A DNA stretch of 64,000 nt. Origin: Camelus dromedarius. Taxonomy: Eukaryota. The number at the start of each line of letters is the position of its first letter. Within the stretch, counting starts at the first letter, position 1. The notes under the pieces were generated by a model. That model did no database searches and had not been told where the DNA came from. It worked only from the letters and a program-made list of their open reading frames with translations. Location of the stretch: positions 66,652,001 to 66,716,000 of the forward strand of contig NC_087436.1 of NCBI RefSeq assembly GCF_036321535.1, written 5' to 3'. The translations under genes and the position numbers were made by a program. This document shows, piece after piece, positions 63,455 to 64,000 of the stretch.

Positions 63455-64000
63455 CACAATGCTTTCTTGATTTTCAGTCTTATTTCCAGGACCCAGCGGA
63501 CTCTTTTCCCTCAGTTCCTCAGGGGGATGCATTGTGCTGATGCACTCGTTTCTACTAAGATGCTCTCTCCATCAAAAGCTGCTTGTTACACACTTTGTTT
63601 TTTTCTCAGAAAAGCTCCATTTCCCCAGTCTGCTGCCTTCTTTGACTTAGAATATTCAAAGAGTAATTCTGTAACTTTTAATATCAAATGGCACATTCAC
63701 CAGGGCAATAATTTTTGTTTTACTGTTTTATTCAGTGAACCCTTATTTTAGGGCCATATCCTAAGTATCAGAAAATAATGCAATATAATGCACAGTTCAA
63801 AGAGAGTGAATTTGAGTAATTTGTTTTTATTTGTCTTAGGGACCACTCAGCTCCGTCCAGCTGCATCATAATTGTGCTAGTGCACTGGTCTCCAGGCAAA
63901 GCAGGCGTGAGTATGGATGAATCATTCAGATATAATACCACTGATACGACCCAGAGGGGATATATTCTTGTCACTGTTTTCCCACAGTAACACTGGTTGA

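Noticed and set aside
1..64000. CRISPR array, operon or other prokaryotic or phage system
   Set aside because: No regularly spaced repeats and no gene-dense coding; the repeat content is clearly mammalian
1..64000. Inferring a + strand host gene from antisense bias of repeats
   Set aside because: Many L1, L2 and SINE copies are on the minus strand, but old L1, HAL1, the L1 tips and several LTRs are on plus; too mixed to conclude

Overview
This is AT-rich mammalian non-coding DNA (intergenic or deep intronic) with one 200-N assembly gap at 16865-17064. I found no supportable cellular protein-coding gene, rRNA, true tRNA or CRISPR array. The ORF-track hits are either chance ORFs or decayed retroelement frames (L1 ORF2 C-terminus, ERVL integrase, L2 endonuclease). 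A large part of the window is interspersed repeats: L1, L2, HAL1, MIR, tRNA-Ala-derived SINEs, MaLR/ERVL/ERV1 solo LTRs, a decayed and multiply nested ERVL provirus at about 55.7-60.2 kb, and hAT/Tigger DNA transposon fossils. The SINE and the L1 3' ends suggest a camelid genome (inference). The items most worth following up are a repeat-free, homeodomain/TALE-motif-rich block at about 20.7-22.5 kb (candidate conserved enhancer), three 45-77 bp L1 tip insertions with clear TSDs, a cluster of six solo LTRs including a MER41-like one, and a few candidate + strand exons. I do not see evidence for a new biological system. Repeat family names come from my recall of consensus sequences, not from a database search, and boundaries of old repeats are approximate.
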